From Chlorokybus atmophyticus (taxonomy: Eukaryota > Plantae > Mesostigma and Chlorokybus algae): DNA of 64,000 nt. The first letter of the stretch is position 1, and each line of letters begins with the position of its first letter. The DNA lies in NCBI GenBank assembly GCA_009103225.1, contig RHPI01000777.1:1-64000 (forward strand), given 5' to 3'. The notes below the pieces were generated by a model. The model searched no databases. It was not told the origin of the DNA and saw only the letters and a program-made list of their open reading frames with translations. The translations under genes and the position numbers were made by a program. Shown here piece by piece: positions 21,144 to 33,412 of the stretch.

Positions 21144-21820
21144 TGTGACGGTGCTCGTGCCTTGTCACCTGTAAGTTGGTGCAATCAACAACCCTCTCAC
21201 CAAGACACGGTATTCACACGGAAACCTTGCCCCCTCTGCCAAGCACACACGCGCGCCCCGCCACTCGCGTACGCACGCGCATGCGCTCGAAGCTACACAC
21301 CGACTCGTGTAGCGCTTTGGATTGTCACATAAGCAAGCACACACCGGTGGACACACGCTAGCAACCCCTGCTAGCCACCACCAAGCTTGCACACCAGAAA
21401 CTAGGGAGCTAAAGGTTGTATTGCAAATTGCAGAATGTCACTTTGATACCTACCAATCTGCACATGCTACTGTCTAGACGATTCTAGCGCTAGACAGAAC
21501 TAGAAGCTAAGATATTCTTGTAGAAGCTTCTAGTACACTTCACTTCCAGACCTTTCCAACGCACCAAAGATCTCCTAATTTGCTGCTCATATGGTCAAGT
21601 TATACTACTTGGCGCCAGGCCCTTCCAGAAATCTGGTCGAGCCCTTCTCGACTGGCCCTCCGTTTTCTGGCACCTTCCGGACTGGTCTTGGGGCCCCGGT
21701 CGATATCCGCGGCAGACTCATAACTCGCCGATATCCGCCACAAATCATAAAAAACATGCACCTTACAAATAAGGCCTAAAATGGCCATGAAAATCACAAA
21801 ATTTGGCCTTGACTGTTACA
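21144..21820. mobile_element. Solo LTR (677 bp)
   Basis: TGTGAC...GTTACA termini with 5-bp TSD CAGCA (21139-21143, 21821-21825). Removal gives GGCTAACAGCAGGTGCGCT, matching GGCTAACAGTAGGTGAGCT in the uninterrupted copy near 40120-40140. Confidence 0.85.
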
Positions 21821-22533
21821 CAGCAGGTGCGCTGTTGTTGTTGATGTGGTGGTGGTGGTGTGTATATAATGTGTTGCGCCGCCCTAGCTCACCGCCCCTC
21901 TTTCCTCAGGCCGGTCAGGCCACGAGGGCGGAGGCAGCAGGCAAGCGGCAGCACAAGACTCAGCGGCGGCGGCAGAGTGTAGTGTGGTAGGTACTGCTAC
22001 TACCGTAGTAGTGTAATATACCGTAGTGTGGTAATAGTAGGGCTAGTACTATGTAGGTCACATGTATATGACTGTGTGATGTAATCAAAATGTGATACAT
22101 GATATATAATTGCCGTCTTGCACAGTAGATGTTACACGAGCGTATTTAATGTATCCAATTATTATTGATGGTACCTAAGATTCCGTCAATCAACATTAAG
22201 TATCTGGCAGTTAGGGACAGTAATTACAAAGTTGCCGGTACCCAACCAATAAGTACCGGTCAGATACCTGTTAATTGGGCTAAGTCACCTTTGCTTGACT
22301 GATAGGTATCTTACAGGTACCGGTTAGTTGAACTAAGTCTCTTTTGCTTGACTGATAATTACCTGGCCGGTACCTGTCCGGTTAGGTCAGTCCTTTTATG
22401 TAGACGGCCGGGGACGGCCGTTGCACTAAGTCGCTTGTATCGAGATTGCCGGTAGACTAAACAACGACAAAATAAGTATCTTCAAACTCACTTTCGCCCT
22501 ATACATTTAGTCGACCGTTAAGTGTAACATTTA

Positions 22534-25500
22534 ACGATGGGGGAGCAGCGGAGGCGCTGCGCTTCCTTACCCTAACTCATGGGCTTAGCACGTGAACTGA
22601 ACTTGGGGTGGGCGATTGCAGCCAGGTGCTGCTGGCTTCGTTTGAGGTGGGAGGAAGGCACTCTCCTCCTCGCGAGCGTATACGCACCAGACACTTCGGT
22701 AGAAAGGGAGCAGTTCTTCACTCCGCTCGAGCTCTCCCTTTCTGCAGCGGACTGGTGCGTGGCGGGAGGGGATTGGAAACTTGTTGAGGACGAACACTTT
22801 GACCGCACACACCTTTCGGCGCCACCATCGTTGGCAGAGCAAGCAGCCTTTGAACAGTTCACCTCACGCTGTGACCTGGAGGACTCCTATCGTATGTGCA
22901 ACCCTACCAGCAGAGTCTATTCGTGGGTCAACATGCAGGCAGGGGACAGCAGGCGAGCGGCGCTTTTTGATCGGTTGTACTGTTCACACAGCCTTCACAC
23001 ATCATTGCACGCTGTGGAGGTTCGCACAGATGAAGTGATGTCAGACCACAGGCCCGTCACAGCTTTGCTACACATGCTACACGCCAGCTTGCGGGAGGAG
23101 AAAACCCTTCGCACGCTCTTGCAACACACAGAGTCCGCTCTTGCACAGGCTCCTGGCAGCGTGCAGCTGCCAGGCAACTCAGTTGCACACCATGGAGCAG
23201 CTGAAAGGGTTGGAAGGGCGACGTATGGAAGGAGCTTTCATACGCAACAGCATGAGATGGAGACTGGAAGGGAGCGCATGACCAAGTTCTTCCTTGCATC
23301 CGGGAAGCAAGCTCGCATGTCTTCTGTTCTGTACTCTGTCTTGCACTCTGCTTCTGCACACTCTGCACCTCTTCTCAAACCCAAGGCCATTGTGGATGCT
23401 GTGGCTGAATATTACAAGTGGCTCCTCTCCTCTACGTAGGTCGAACCCAATGCCAAGCACGCTGCGTTTATGAAGTGTGTTCAAGCTACAGCCAGGGTGA
23501 TCTACGCTAATATGGCTGAAAATGCGGAACGTCCTCTCACACAAGAAGAGCTTCACGGAGCCCTTCGTGCCATGGATCCACACAAAGCCCCTGGGGAGGA
23601 CGGCATAACAGTCTTCTTTTCGCAACGAATGTGGCATGTCCTTGAGGATGGCTATGCGGAGTACTCTGAGCAAGTTCTGCTGCGTGGCGAGATGGGCACC
23701 TCGCAACGCAAAGGGGTGATTGTCATTTTGCACAAGAAAGGGGAGATTTTCGATCTTCGCAATTAGAGGCCTATCACCTTGCTTCCTACTCACTTCAAGA
23801 TCCTTGCAAGAGCACTTGCTTTGCGCATGGCACCTCTTTCCCCTGTGGTGCTCTTTAAAGAACAAATAGGGTTTGTGCAACACCGCTACATTTCGGGCAA
23901 CATGCTCACTGCGTTGGATTTTAATTCCCCATGCACGCGCCACAAAGCAGCATGCTGCTTTTCTCCTTCTTGACTTCAAGAAGGCGTTTGATCGCTTATA
24001 CTGAGGTTTTTTGGATGCCATCATGCACACTCAAGGCTCTGGGGATTGTTTTCGAGGCGGGATCAGCGGCGGGGGAGTTAGCGCGATGCTTATTAATGGC
24101 CACATCACTGAGCCCTTCCGCCTCGAACGCAGCATTTACCAGGGATGCCCGATGCCCCCCGCCCTCTTTGTTCTTGCTAGCAAAGCCTTAGGAGCTCTCC
24201 TCCATACCAACCCCCGCGTGCGAGGTCTGCACCTACCAGAACGAAGTAGCGACACAACAGCACGCCAGGATGTGAAGTACTTTGCCTTCGTGGACGACAC
24301 CTCCATTATTCTCCAACTCACGTAGGACTGCTACGTGGCTTTCACGGAGGTCATCTCTACTTATTGCCTGGCATCGGACTCGGTGCTCAATTCACACAGA
24401 GCGTCGGCATGCTCATGGGAGACACCCTTTCTCACCCTCACTCTCATTGGGGAGTTTGTTAGCTTACAGCCACGAATTCGGCAACACTTCTTGGCATTCC
24501 TATGGGCGCCACGATGCACCAGCAAGTGCTGTTCAGCGGGGTGATGGAAAGGATACAAGGCCGCTTGCACATGTGGTCCCGGTAGTATCTTTTCTTACCA
24601 GGATGGGCGCTGATCAACAACCAAGCAGTGCTGGCTTGTCTATGGTATATAGCGGCTGTAGCAGTTCCATCTGTCAGGACCTTCGACAGCTGCGCACGGC
24701 GTGCACTGCGATGCTGTGGCGCTCCTTGCGCGAGGGTGCACCAGCTGCCACGAGGGGGCGCGTTCGATGGGAAGTGGCATGTCTCCCTCGCATCGAGGGT
24801 GGCCTTGGTATAAAAGATCCGGTCACGCAAACCAAAGCTTTGCTTGCCAAGTGGGCGTCACGATTGTGTGATCCCTTATGTGCGCCCTGGAAGGCTTTGT
24901 GTTTTTGGCTGCTTCGCAAGTGGGCAACAGATCCGCGTCATCCAGCAATTCAATGGCTCCCCGCCTCCTCTACTCTTCATGCGGAAGGTTTGCCGTTGCG
25001 TAAGGGCGTGCCACCGCACTGGAGGTTCATACTGCGCAGCTCGTTGGAGGTACGGCCGTCGGTTCTTCGGCAGCCCACTCACTATGACGAAGTGATGCGC
25101 CAGCCCATTTCTAATAATGGGCTGATGAAGGGAACATCTGGCAAGGTGGTTGGCAGTGGCACCTTGTACAACCCGTACTTGCAGTGGGTTGCAAAAGGTT
25201 TTCACAGAATCTGTAACATTCGGGACGAACTGCTTCGCCGGCCTTACGTTGCTAAAGGACACAACAGCTGGGTCCCCACGCGCACAATATCCCGCCTCGC
25301 AGGCATTTAGGCTGCAATCTCGGGACATTGACTAGCCATACTTCAAGCAGGACCAGGCCGGCCGGTACCAGAGGAATAGTGGGCCCCGATTTCTCATGCA
25401 GGCATCGTTACAGCACTTGGCATAGTCTCTTCTATAGCGCAGTCCTCCTACGCATGTACTCTTGTTTACCTGCGTGGCCGAGGAGGTTATGCTTGACGCA

Positions 25501-26573
25501 GTTGAGGAATAGCGCCGTCTTCCTCTATATTCTTTGGTTCGTGTACGGGTGCTGCCTCCGCAAGCACGCTGGCAGCACAAACCCGTGCCTTACTCGGCCG
25601 CGTGGCGGGATCCGCCAGATATAGCCAAATATTGTGGGTGGATTGCTGTGGGAAGGGCGCCGCTATCCGCCCTCCACCAAAATCCTATCGCTGCACATGG
25701 GGGTGACGATGCAGCCACGTCCGCAACGTCCTGCTTTATGTGGGACTACTTGACTATGTTGGGATACCACCTTCTCGACATTTTTATTTAAAAGTGGCTG
25801 CTCCAGCCCCGCTGGCATTGGCTCTGCCCGGTCCTTCCGTGGCATCAGGTTTAGAAAACTCTTCATACACTTCGAGCTCTTGGCAAATAGCATTCGCTGC
25901 TGTGTTATAAAGCCCTCTACACTAGCGACAAGCTGCAACACATTGAAGGCGAGCCGGCCTGTCTCACCTGCAACTCTTGTGATTTAAAAACGGCTCTGCA
26001 CTTGTTCATAGGGTGTCCGGTTGCCGAGGAGGTTTAATCGATGGTTTCTTCCTTCTTTGCTAACATGCATGTCATGTTGGACTTTAACCCGACTTCCTTG
26101 CTGTTGATGGTGGGCGCCACCCCGGAACCTGTTGCTATGTCTCCGGTTTGGGCCGTAGTTCGCCTGCTTGTGCTATGGACTTTGTGGTGCCACCGATGTT
26201 CTGTTCGCTACAGCGATCAGCGTCCTCCTACTCCTGTTGCACCACGCACACTTGCTACAGGGATCCTGCATGATGGCAAGCGGCTTGCTGCACTTCACTG
26301 CTTCTCAAGCAGTTGGGCTGCGAGGGCGTCCTATGCACCGTTAACACCTCTTATCTGCTTCACCTTAGCATTGTATGGCACCCGCTACCTTGGTAGCCCC
26401 CCTTACCTACGGAGTAGAGTGGATGTTTTTCATTTTTCATCAATCACTCCCTCTTTCCATGCTCCTTTATTTGTTAGGTAGCTCATGCTCCTGCAGCTAA
26501 AAATTCATAGATAGCTGTAAACTCTGCTTGTGTTCTTAATATATTCCGTGTTTTGCTTAAAAATAAAAATAAA
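22534..26573 (+). mobile_element. Degenerate L1/Tx1-type LINE, 3' part (APE remainder, RT, zf-RVT-like C-terminus, A-rich tail)
   Basis: SVYAP, VAGGDW, LFDRLY, SDHRPV (APE); KAPGEDG, LRN*RPITLL, DFKKAFD, QGCPMPPALF, FAFVDDT (RT); CLTCNSC...LHLFIGCP; tail AAAAATAAAAATAAA at 26559-26573. Many stops and frameshifts. Confidence 0.9.
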
Positions 26574-26869
26574 TCAGCTTTATGATGATTTACCTGTATA
26601 GCCCAGNNNNNNNNNNNNNNNCCCCCCCCCCCCCCCTCCCCGATTACAAGACTCCTTGCAGAAAAAGGGTGGGGCTTGTGTAAGTTATGCTATCATGTGT
26701 GAGACTTGCGCAACTCAAGTGTTGGGTTACACTTGACGCGCACAATTGACATGGGTGACCACGTAAATCGCGCCAAATGGAGGCCCCCCTGGTGCAATAC
26801 ACGCCCCCTCTTACTGCAACTTGTGATATACAAGGCCCCTTCAGAAACAAGGGTGGGGGGCTTACGTAT

Positions 26870-26932
26870 ATATATAGATATATAGGTCGATCTATCTATC
26901 TATCTATCTATGTATCTATCTATCTATCTATA

Positions 26933-26963
<31 letters not shown>

Positions 26964-26998
26964 ATATCTATATATATCTATATATATATATATATATA
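26870..26998. repeat. (TATC)n/(TA)n microsatellite running into an assembly gap
   Basis: Read directly. Confidence 0.95.
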
Positions 26999-27675
26999 NN
27001 NNNNNNNNNNNNNNNNNNNNNNNNNNNNNNNNNNNNNNNNNNNNNNNNNNNNNNNNNNNNNNNNNNNNNNNNNNNNNNNNNNNNNNNNNNNNNNNNNNNN
27101 NNNNNNNNNNNNNNNNNNNNNNNNNNNNNNNNNNNNNNNNNNNNNNNNNNNNNNNNNNNNNNNNNNNNNNNNNNNNNNNNNNNNNNNNNNNNNNNNNNNN
27201 NNNNNNNNNNNNNNNNNNNNNNNNNNNNNNNNNNNNNNNNNNNNNNNNNNNNNNNNNNNNNNNNNNNNNNNNNNNNNNNNNNNNNNNNNNNNNNNNNNNN
27301 NNNNNNNNNNNNNNNNNNNNNNNNNNNNNNNNNNNNNNNNNNNNNNNNNNNNNNNNNNNNNNNNNNNNNNNNNNNNNNNNNNNNNNNNNNNNNNNNNNNN
27401 NNNNNNNNNNNNNNNNNNNNNNNNNNNNNNNNNNNNNNNNNNNNNNNNNNNNNNNNNNNNNNNNNNNNNNNNNNNNNNNNNNNNNNNNNNNNNNNNNNNN
27501 NNNNNNNNNNNNNNNNNNNNNNNNNNNNNNNNNNNNNNNNNNNNNNNNNNNNNNNNNNNNNNNNNNNNNNNNNNNNNNNNNNNNNNNNNNNNNNNNNNNN
27601 NNNNNNNNNNNNNNNNNNNNNNNNNNNNNNNNNNNNNNNNNNNNNNNNNNNNNNNNNNNNNNNNNNNNNNNNNNN

Positions 27676-27741
27676 CTTATGCGCGCGCGAAGCGACTACT
27701 CAACCGCTGGGGGTAATGTGAGCAGTAATCATGCAAATTAG
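27676..27741 (+). repeat. Exact 66-bp copy of DUF1990 exon/intron junction 33867-33932, at the edge of a gap
   Basis: CTTATGCGCGCGCGAAGCGACTACTCAACCGCTGGGGGTAATGTGAGCAGTAATCATGCAAATTAG identical at both sites. Confidence 0.9.
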
Positions 27742-29475
27742 GGGGGGCTTTTATACGGGTAAATACGATAAATAGAGATTGCCATATAGGAGTGCGGCTG
27801 ATTGGGCGAGGCGGTTGGGCCGGCCAGCATTATGGCACACAAACACATCACACGCGCATTACACAGAGGCCATCATATACGGCACCCGCGATTGCCGGGC
27901 TACGCGATATGCTCGGCCCGCCTGCCTCTCATTGGCGGCGACTATCAGCTGTTGGCCGTTCGACCTGTCATAATCAGATCGCAACCGTCCATTATTGCAC
28001 AAACCCACGTCATGCAACTGCTCAAAATAAATGCATGACTCTTATACATAATGTTATATATGAATTATGTCATTACCATATTTACCCCGTTAGAGTCCCC
28101 CTTTTTAAATGGTCCCCCCCTCGACTTTTTCGGGGGAGACGCTATTTGGTGGAGGACTTCAATACTGCCGGGGGACTGTATTGCAGCAGTGTAGCAGGGT
28201 CGCCGACTTTGTCACATTTAAAGTGATGAATCACGCTTGATACTGTAGCCCGTCACGCTTAAAAGAATTGTCAACGCTTCAACGATCAACCATACATATA
28301 ATACGGGCAAGTTGTATAACAAAAAGAATGCAAGGATTGTAGCATGCATGAAGTGTGTATCGCACCGACAAAGCAGAAAAGGTACAAACGTTCTTGCCAC
28401 GTTACGTACTAAATGTTTCAATGAATTATGCAAGGGTTACAATCATAAAAATAATGCTAACCAAAATTGCCTTAACCTTCAAACAATTCAACTGAACGAA
28501 AAAGGTTGCATGGTTAGGCTCGCATTTGGTTAAACGTCCGCATGATTAAATGGCATCACAACAATGAGAACAGCCATTGCCTAAAAAGGCACTGGAGATG
28601 CCAATTATTGTAAATATGGTCAAATATATGTCAGAGGCATCACGGCGGCAACGACATGCCAACGACGGGTCGGAGCCGGTGGGATTTGCAGTGCCAACTT
28701 GATCACAGTTAGCGGTTATGGCGCGTGCGTATTTGAAGGTACGAGGTCGGGGCGGGGGCCATACCCCAAACACATGCTGCCATTAGTAAACGGCACCTTA
28801 ATAGATTCACTCTCTAATACTTAACACAAATTGATTGTACGCTACAGATGTGCGCCATCAGACATGGTCTTCAGCGGAATCAGCTGCGCCTATGCAATAT
28901 GCGCATCTGTCATATGAAATTGCAAGTATCCGACAACGCGCACATTCACGATAAGTACGCATGTGTTGGCTGCATCTATGTTTGTGTACATATGCATGCA
29001 CTCCACCGCATTGTACCATATTTTAGGGGGTCACAAGTTGACCTCAAGGTGATAAGAACCATGAGAAAAGAGTATCCTTTCCTTAACACTATGGTAATGC
29101 ATCAATATCAGGCTCTTTGGCGCGTTCACGGCATGAATCCCACACATGGCATAGCATTATGTGCACTACTTTATGACTATATGTGACAACATAAAGATTT
29201 GACCTCGAACAACACTTCTGATTCGCACAGCAAATGCACCGGTGTGCACCAACCTTGAGGTCACCTTTGACCCAGTCACTAGCGGTCAATCTGCAAGCCA
29301 TTCTCGACATCATAATTATGCTGCACCATGACGTCAGCAATGCTTCACGAACCCACAGTTAGCCTGTCAGTCCGTGGTCATATCCATGCTTACAATGAGT
29401 GCAACAAAGCCACACAGTAACGCCATTCACTGTGCAAGCAAGACCACACCCATTGACCCCGAAATTGTGCAGCAA

Positions 29476-32107
29476 TCACTGCACAATGCAACGCTTGCCA
29501 TGCTCTGAGTCTGCTGCCTCCGACGCTGTGACTGAGACAGTGTCCACGCTGTCAGGGGCGGCAACGGCTTGCATGGTCTGTGCAACCAACTCTGGAGGAG
29601 TGCCTTGGAGTATGGCCCTTCCCTGTTGGTACAAGAAGATTTGTCCAGGGAATCCTGAAGCTCTCAGTGCCTCCATGGCTCCAGCCGCCTTTGAGGGATC
29701 CTGCCCAGGAAGGAGAGGTGTGACAACATGCAGTTTCTCATGCACACAGGTACAAGGCCACATATCGTCCTCAACAAAGCATCATGCTCGCATCGTGCTG
29801 CCATCTCACCTGGAGAACAACAAATGCCGTGCGCCGATTCTCATCAAGCCATTTGACAAGCACGCCGCCAAGACCGGCCTCAGAGAAGAGGGCCACAATA
29901 TCAGCCTGCTGCGGGAGATCGGACACATAAAGAACCCGCGAGCGATCCGGCTGGGGGTCTTGACCTTGCAGATTGAGGTAGGGAATGTCGCTGTCGTGAA
30001 CATTCACTCGGTTAATGAACGCTGCCACTGCAGACAGCCTGGATTGGCTGGCTGCTCCAGTTGAAGCCTGCTGCTTGCTGAACAACAAACGCGCCAGCTC
30101 CGCAAACACACAACCGGTGATGTAGGCGTCATATCTGGGAATGATACGCATCAAGCTCTAACTCAAACACCATGCGTGGTCAGTCAGCGCAAAACAGAAA
30201 CTGTACACAAAAGCCTGCATACCCTGCTTCATGCTCGTATGCAGCATCACCAGCGTATCGGTTGAAACCTTGCGCATGCTGCACCAACGGCACAACCTGC
30301 TTGACAGCCTCAGGTTCGATGGAGTCCCCGCTGCTGGGGGACGGTTGGTAAAACTGCCTGTAGATAACACCAAGGCCTGTGCCATTCTGGAAGAAGTCAT
30401 CCGGCAGTTGCGACGCGAGGTACTTTGTGTCGAAGACGCCACCACGAAACGTCCATGCAACCTGGCAAGGTGGTGTCACTCTCCCTGCACTGACCAATCT
30501 TCCAGCATTGCGTGGAAGCTCCTTGCGAGCTAGACCTTACCTGCTGTTTGAAGTCTTCATATGACTGCGGCAAAGGTCGCAGAAACTGGTGCAGAGTGTA
30601 CGACAGATCTAGCAGCATGTTGTGTCCAACTACAGGCTTCTTTGATGATGCCAACTGTGCAAAGCCGTGTCAGTGTACGTGCAGGAGAATGAAAATTTTT
30701 GAATCAAGGAAGACTGCAACAAGGCAGATTTAACTATGTGCTGTAGTGCACAATCATGTCATGCATCCAGAGGCATGGAACCTGTGCCTTGCCTTCAGCA
30801 CCCCCAACAACACAGCCAGTGCTTACCATGCGAATGACACGTGTGAATCCTTCAGCCTCATGCAAATCTTGCTTCTTCTGCTGCAACTTGTTGATCTGTA
30901 GAAGTTGGGTCGGCTGCTGCAGATGCAAACATGCAAAATGGCAATCTAGGCCCACCTCGTAAGCTTCAATCTCAGCTGGCGTTGCGCGTATCAGCTTCAT
31001 TTGTACATCGCGCGAGTGTCCTTCCAACTGTTGACAGGCATAGCATACTGTCAATTGGAAGGTACTCAATGGTCTGTCGTCTGTGCCACACGCATGTGAA
31101 GCTGGTACTCAGCTTGCACAGACACTCACCTTCTCCACAATAAATTTGGTGCTGTTGAATGCAGATTCCAGTTCCTGGTATACAAGCAGCCTCTGAAAGC
31201 CATTGTATGGGCCAAGCGTTAGCTCCTGCTGCTCTGGCGACTGCAACCAAGCAGTCACAGTCTGTAGAACCCCTTCAACAAACTCCTTGTCCCTGTCCTT
31301 GATGACAACAGCTTGCCGCTGGCGAGGCTCTAGAAGGGATCTGACTACACGGTCCTTGTATTCAATTGGGAGGAAGGAAACACCTGTTAAACGGAGCCCC
31401 AATGTTAATCCTTCAGCCTGCAATTGTGTAAGGACAATGGTAATGAAGTTGACACAGTACATTCACGTTGCAAGCACAGCAGGCTTACCGTCACGAACCC
31501 ACTTGTTGAAGTCAAAACCTTGTGACATCAAGAAGTTAAGCGATGAAGCCTAGGCAAGATAAGCTATCAGCAATTCCCAAGCAATTGATCACCAGAATAC
31601 ACGCCATGATTATACACTGAGAGAACTCATACCCGGCAGGTTGCATGCCATTGACAACAATGAAACAACGCAGATGCTATCACTCACTTGGCTGGTAAAG
31701 CAGAGGTCAAATCCATAGGCAGGACGGGGGAAGGTGTAGAAGTTCCACGTCCTCGCGATGTAACGATTTAAGGTGGAATCCCAAGTGAAAGCGGATAGCC
31801 CGAATTGGATGATCAAGAAATTGCGCGCAGACTCAGCTATCCTCAGGTAGCGATCTTCTAAAGCATCAGTTAGGGCATCCACCCTGTGCCACACACAGTC
31901 GTCAGAAAGTTTAGCACTTCTGTTAGCATCCAGGTCACAGTGCAACTGACCACAGTTCTTCATCTTGCAAGTCATACAGACATACTTGCGCGAGGGCGAT
32001 AGGCCAAGGCCAGTAAATTCAGTGTCGATTGCAACAAACTCGCAGGCGTTTACTGCTTCGCGCACGGCTGGAAACACCTCTTCAAAATTCTCACGGGTGA
32101 CGTCCAT
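29476..32107 (-). CDS. PARN: Poly(A)-specific ribonuclease (CAF1/DEDD family), multi-exon
   Basis: MDVTRENFEEVFPAVREAVNACEFVAIDTEFTGL; IIQFGLSAF; FDFNKWVRDG; R3H-like GPYNGFQRLLVYQEL; KKPVVGHNMLLDL; FDTKYLA; HEAG|YDAYITG; RRM-like DRSRVLYVSDLP...KWLDE..AFVVL; ends KRCIVQ*. Confidence 0.93.
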
Positions 32108-33412
32108 AGCAATGGTGCCTCGGCCAATCGCCGCATGCACTGCCGAACTCAGCGTTCTATTTGCTCTGCGCTGGGTGAACAAACGAGCTCGAGCGGCACT
32201 CTGTAAAGTTCAATTCACAAGCACGCAAACCAATTGCAGTAAGTAGCAGTTAATGACAAACACACAACTGATGACTAATACCCCACTGTATAAGTGCACT
32301 GTTCCGCTGGCAACACGTTATCGTGTGGCAGTGTACACGCCACTGTGCAAACCAGCAGTTGCAGCAATTAGTCTGCAAAGTCTACATGCATGCAAACATG
32401 CAGTCTACATGCATGCAAAGTCTACAATACCTGTTCACCAGACTTCCAGGAAGCAGCGTGCAAGCTGTGGGCAGGAGCAAGCCTTGTCGACAGTTGCAGT
32501 GGATGCGCCTGTGGCGCAGGTGCGTAGCTAAGCCAGTACCGCTGCGACGAACAAGCTGAGTGTCCTTGAGATCTGCATAAGCAGCGCACAACGGTCAATG
32601 CAGAGCAGTCAAGGGAGCTTGTATGAGTGAGTGATTGCGGTAAATGCGATGCGAGATGGAAAATTCACATTAGCACTAGAAAGGCCTTTTGGAATGTGGC
32701 AACCCTGCCTGGCATCCGTCGTTGCTTATGCACGCAAGACGACCATTTGGTTGTGACAATGTAACCTGTCAAGATTGATATCTATGACATTGTATTAGCA
32801 CAAAACTATGTACTACTAGCTGGAAACCAAGCATGAAGACACCAGACTGAGCAGCTATCTGACTGTAAGACGGTGAGAGTCACAAATATCATATGTTAAG
32901 GGATTGTCGAGCAAGATGCCATGCAGTTGCATGACGACCACACCGCACTCAAGACAGAGAACACGGCCTACCAGCCGTGCACAGACCCTTTCTAGAAAGA
33001 ACTATAGCACTTCAGCAATGACAACCTTCATCTCAATAACACAGTAAGCTTGCAGCCGCTTTGCGCAGCTTGGTGATCAGTAATCTCGGCAACATCCGCG
33101 TGCTGGCTTCCAACATGGCAAGACAACTCACCGCCCAGCGCAGCGCTGCAGAGCCACTCGAAGCAGCACCGCCGCGCTCGCCGCCGCCGCCACCATGCGC
33201 ACCACCACGTCCGGCGGCAACACCACTAACACCACTGCTCCCCGCCCTAACACACAGTGTCGCACGCTGCGCCAGGCCCGCCGTTCCCACACTCGGGCAT
33301 CACATTTCAAACATAAGCAAGCATGCATGCTTTGCTGGTTGCATGCTTGCTTGTGCAAGCTCTTTACTGTGGCCGTTGCACAGCATAGCAGCTTAGCATA
33401 GCTGCCGGAGTG

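Larger units (their letters stand above)
13206..22533 (+). mobile_element. Unclassified non-autonomous, TIR-less element (~1.58 kb after removing nested insertions), copy 1
   Basis: Flanked by ACGATG (13200-13205, 22534-22539). Excision restores LINE APE frame ANFAR-WGSSGGAAL. Contains GTACCATTATAATGGTAC x3, a 28-bp-stem hairpin (20904-20963), (GGC)n tracts, GTA-rich tract and ~55-bp GGTACC-rich subterminal repeats (~22230-22400). Homologous copy at ~39489-40866. Confidence 0.75.

Noticed and set aside
26644-26850. Short ORF with VRGGVYC, faintly like a GIY-YIG-associated motif
   Set aside because: Single short motif between two gaps, with no supporting residues.
27742-29300. Possible further non-autonomous element in AT-richer DNA (similarly 41050-42200 and 47000-48100)
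   Set aside because: No terminal repeats, TSD, second copy or coding remnant could be identified by eye.
32380-33300. Short minus-strand ORFs upstream of PARN
   Set aside because: No domain similarity. More simply explained as 5' UTR, intron or shared promoter sequence.
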